Assembly: GCF_009914755.1 (NCBI RefSeq)
Contig: NC_060934.1
Source: the human T2T-CHM13v2.0 reference genome, Homo sapiens
Length of the DNA: 64,000 bases
Direction: 5' to 3' (one strand)
Made by a program: the position numbers and the translations under genes. Of the stretch, positions 61,985 to 64,000 are shown piece after piece (position 1 is the first letter of the stretch; every line of letters begins with the position of its first letter). The notes below the pieces were generated by a model. The model was not told where the DNA came from. It ran no database searches and saw only the letters and a list, made by a program, of their open reading frames with translations.

Positions 61985-62799
61985 CTTCCTCAAAGATCTG
62001 TTTTTCTGTCTCTTGGTCTCTTGCTTTTGGTGTTGGAGGCTTGCCTCAAATGGCTGAGGATCCTTAGCTGTCCATTTTGTGTATAAGAAAGAGGTGCTTG
62101 GGAGCTCTGAGGACATAGGGCTTGCAGGATTCCCCCTTGGAGGGTGAGCAGGAAATTACTAATACCATGGGAGAGTTTCAGTACCAGAAGGTGGAGGCCA
62201 CAATACTCACATGAGCTGTCTTTTGCCTTCCCAGGTAGTTTATTCCAGTTCCTGAGAGCACACACTTCCTTCTCACATCCTTCCCTAACTGGATATGGAG
62301 GGAAAGGGAGGCACTCCTCATAAAAACTTCAATTTAACCCCCTCCCTTTTCACCCCCATTCTGCCCTCCCACCCTCCTTCTTACCTGGCAACTTTGAGTC
62401 TCAAACATCTCTGTGATGGGACATGGCAGGATGGCTTCCACACTGGCTGTAACCCCATTCCCATGTGTTCTAGGCTGCCTTTTCTTCCATCCTACGTCAT
62501 CAATTTCTAATCAGTTTCTGTATTCAGTACATATGTGAAATCTTCTCTCCATTGATGTTCTATCCCTGTTCTCTTTGCTGTCTTGTGTTTATGCCTTTTA
62601 AATTCCCTCACTGTCACTTTACAGGGGTGTCACTTTACAGGCAGAGGAGAGAGATGCCTGCTTTACTATAAGAACTGCAAACTCAAACTATGCTCTCTGC
62701 CTCCTTGGCCTGAAAAGGACCTTAGAGGCCACTGAGTCCATTTGAAATAGGGAAAACAAAGTTAGAGTGGGTCTAGCAACTAGCCAAAGAGGAATGTCC

Positions 62800-62960
62800 A
62801 AGCGGGGACAATGGTAGAGTATATTACTCGGAGGCCAGATGGGCTGGGCTTGAAGTCCTGGCTCCATCACTTACTACCCTTGAGAACTTGAGAGAATAAT
62901 TAGCATGTCTGAGCCTCTTTTTCTCACCTATAAAATGGGAATAAAAATATAGACTTATCC
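62800..62960 (+). mobile_element. MIR
   Basis: ggaggccagatgggctgggcttgaagtcctggctccatcacttacta...tctgagcctc...tataaaatgggaataa. Confidence 0.75.
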
Positions 62961-63719
62961 TTCAAGCATCTGGAGAATCCTTCTCTTGTCTCTTTTGTTG
63001 CTGCTTTGCTGAGCTTTAAATCTGTTTTGAAAAATAGACTTTTTTCTTATTTGTGTTCTGGCTCCCATCAAAATGGTGAACTCCTGGAAGGCAAGGACTG
63101 TGGCTTAGTCATCTTTGTCCCCTCTATTAGGTTGGACAATTCCAACCTATTAGTGGAAACTCCAAGGATGTACCAGAGGGAAATGGGCAGAGACAGGTAG
63201 TGGTGGGCACCAACAGGCAGTCCTGGCAGGATTGTGTGCCTGTGGGCTCGTGTGGGATGTGGTAAGCAGGTGGCTGAGATGACAGGAATCTTTAGTGTAG
63301 CTGATTAGAAGGATGCTGGTGAGTGACCAAGATGAAGAAGATGGGAGGAGAGCAAGTCTGGGTGCTGGATCAGGTGTTAAGTTTGAGAAATGTGAAGTTT
63401 GAAGTGGGGCTCCCATGCAGATGCTCCATCAGACAGATGAAAGTGTGAAACTTGTGCATGGAAACAAATCTTGGATATCTCTCATATTGAGCTGATTGTT
63501 GGTCCCCAAGAAAAAGATGTGTTGCCTGAAAGGATGTGGAGATGGAAGATCAGAGAGCTAAGACAGAGTTTCAGGGAAAAGAGATATCTTTTGAAGATTT
63601 AGACAAGAATTGTAGCCCATGGAAAGAGGAGATTGCTTCAAGATAAAGCAGAGACCAGGAGAGGGCTATGTCTAGGAGCCTGTGAGTGGGGAATTTCAAG
63701 AATGAATGTTAATTGCTGA

Positions 63720-64000
63720 CCAGGTATTTGTTGATATTAGAAAATTATTGTGAAATTTTTTTGGTTGTGATAATGGTATTGTGTTTACATTTTGTACAAA
63801 GTCCCAATCCTTTAGAAATATCTACAGAAGGATTTACAGAGGAAATGATGTGATGTTTGGCATTTGTTTTAAAATAAACTGCTGAGCTATCTATAAAAGA
63901 CACACTTTAGATTCAAAAATACAAATAGGGTTAAAGTAAAAGGATGGAAAAATATACCATGGAAATAATAACCAGAAGAGAGCTGGAGCATCTATACTAT
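63720..64000 (+). mobile_element. Old L1M fragments (3'UTR-like 63720-63880; ORF2 endonuclease-like 63880-64000)
   Basis: gatattagaaaattattg...ggttgtgataatggtattgtg; acacactttagattcaaaaatacaaatagg..aaaggatggaaaaatataccatg. Confidence 0.6.

Noticed and set aside
62612-62641. 14-bp direct repeat tgtcactttacagg x2
   Set aside because: Ordinary small tandem duplication with no further structure.

Overview
Primate genomic DNA, most likely human (it carries an AluYa5, an SVA and an L1PA2). It is intergenic or deep-intronic and dominated by transposable elements. I see no host protein-coding exon, RNA gene or CRISPR array, and no evidence for a wholly new biological system. Main content: (1) an old processed pseudogene of GNAI2 on the minus strand (~10.6-12.6 kb), split by an AluJ; (2) a full-length L1PA2 (31487-37513) with open ORF1 and ORF0 and an ORF2 broken by one nonsense codon; (3) a degraded full-length L1PA7-like element (39118-46174) inserted just after the TATA box of a THE1 LTR and itself carrying an AluYa5; (4) a full-length SVA inside an Alu linker; (5) a complete THE1 provirus; (6) about 29 Alus, several solo LTRs, hAT DNA-transposon fossils and MIR/L2 remnants. 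The most unusual details are a short insertion in the pseudogene apparently templated from flanking DNA 1.8 kb away, an L1 3' transduction bounded by a perfect 16-bp TSD, a DUX4-motif LTR promoter fused to an L1 5' end, long same-strand runs of retroelements, and several repeat-free, homeodomain-motif-rich islands that look like developmental enhancers. Subfamily names come from recalled consensus sequences and need RepeatMasker/Dfam confirmation.
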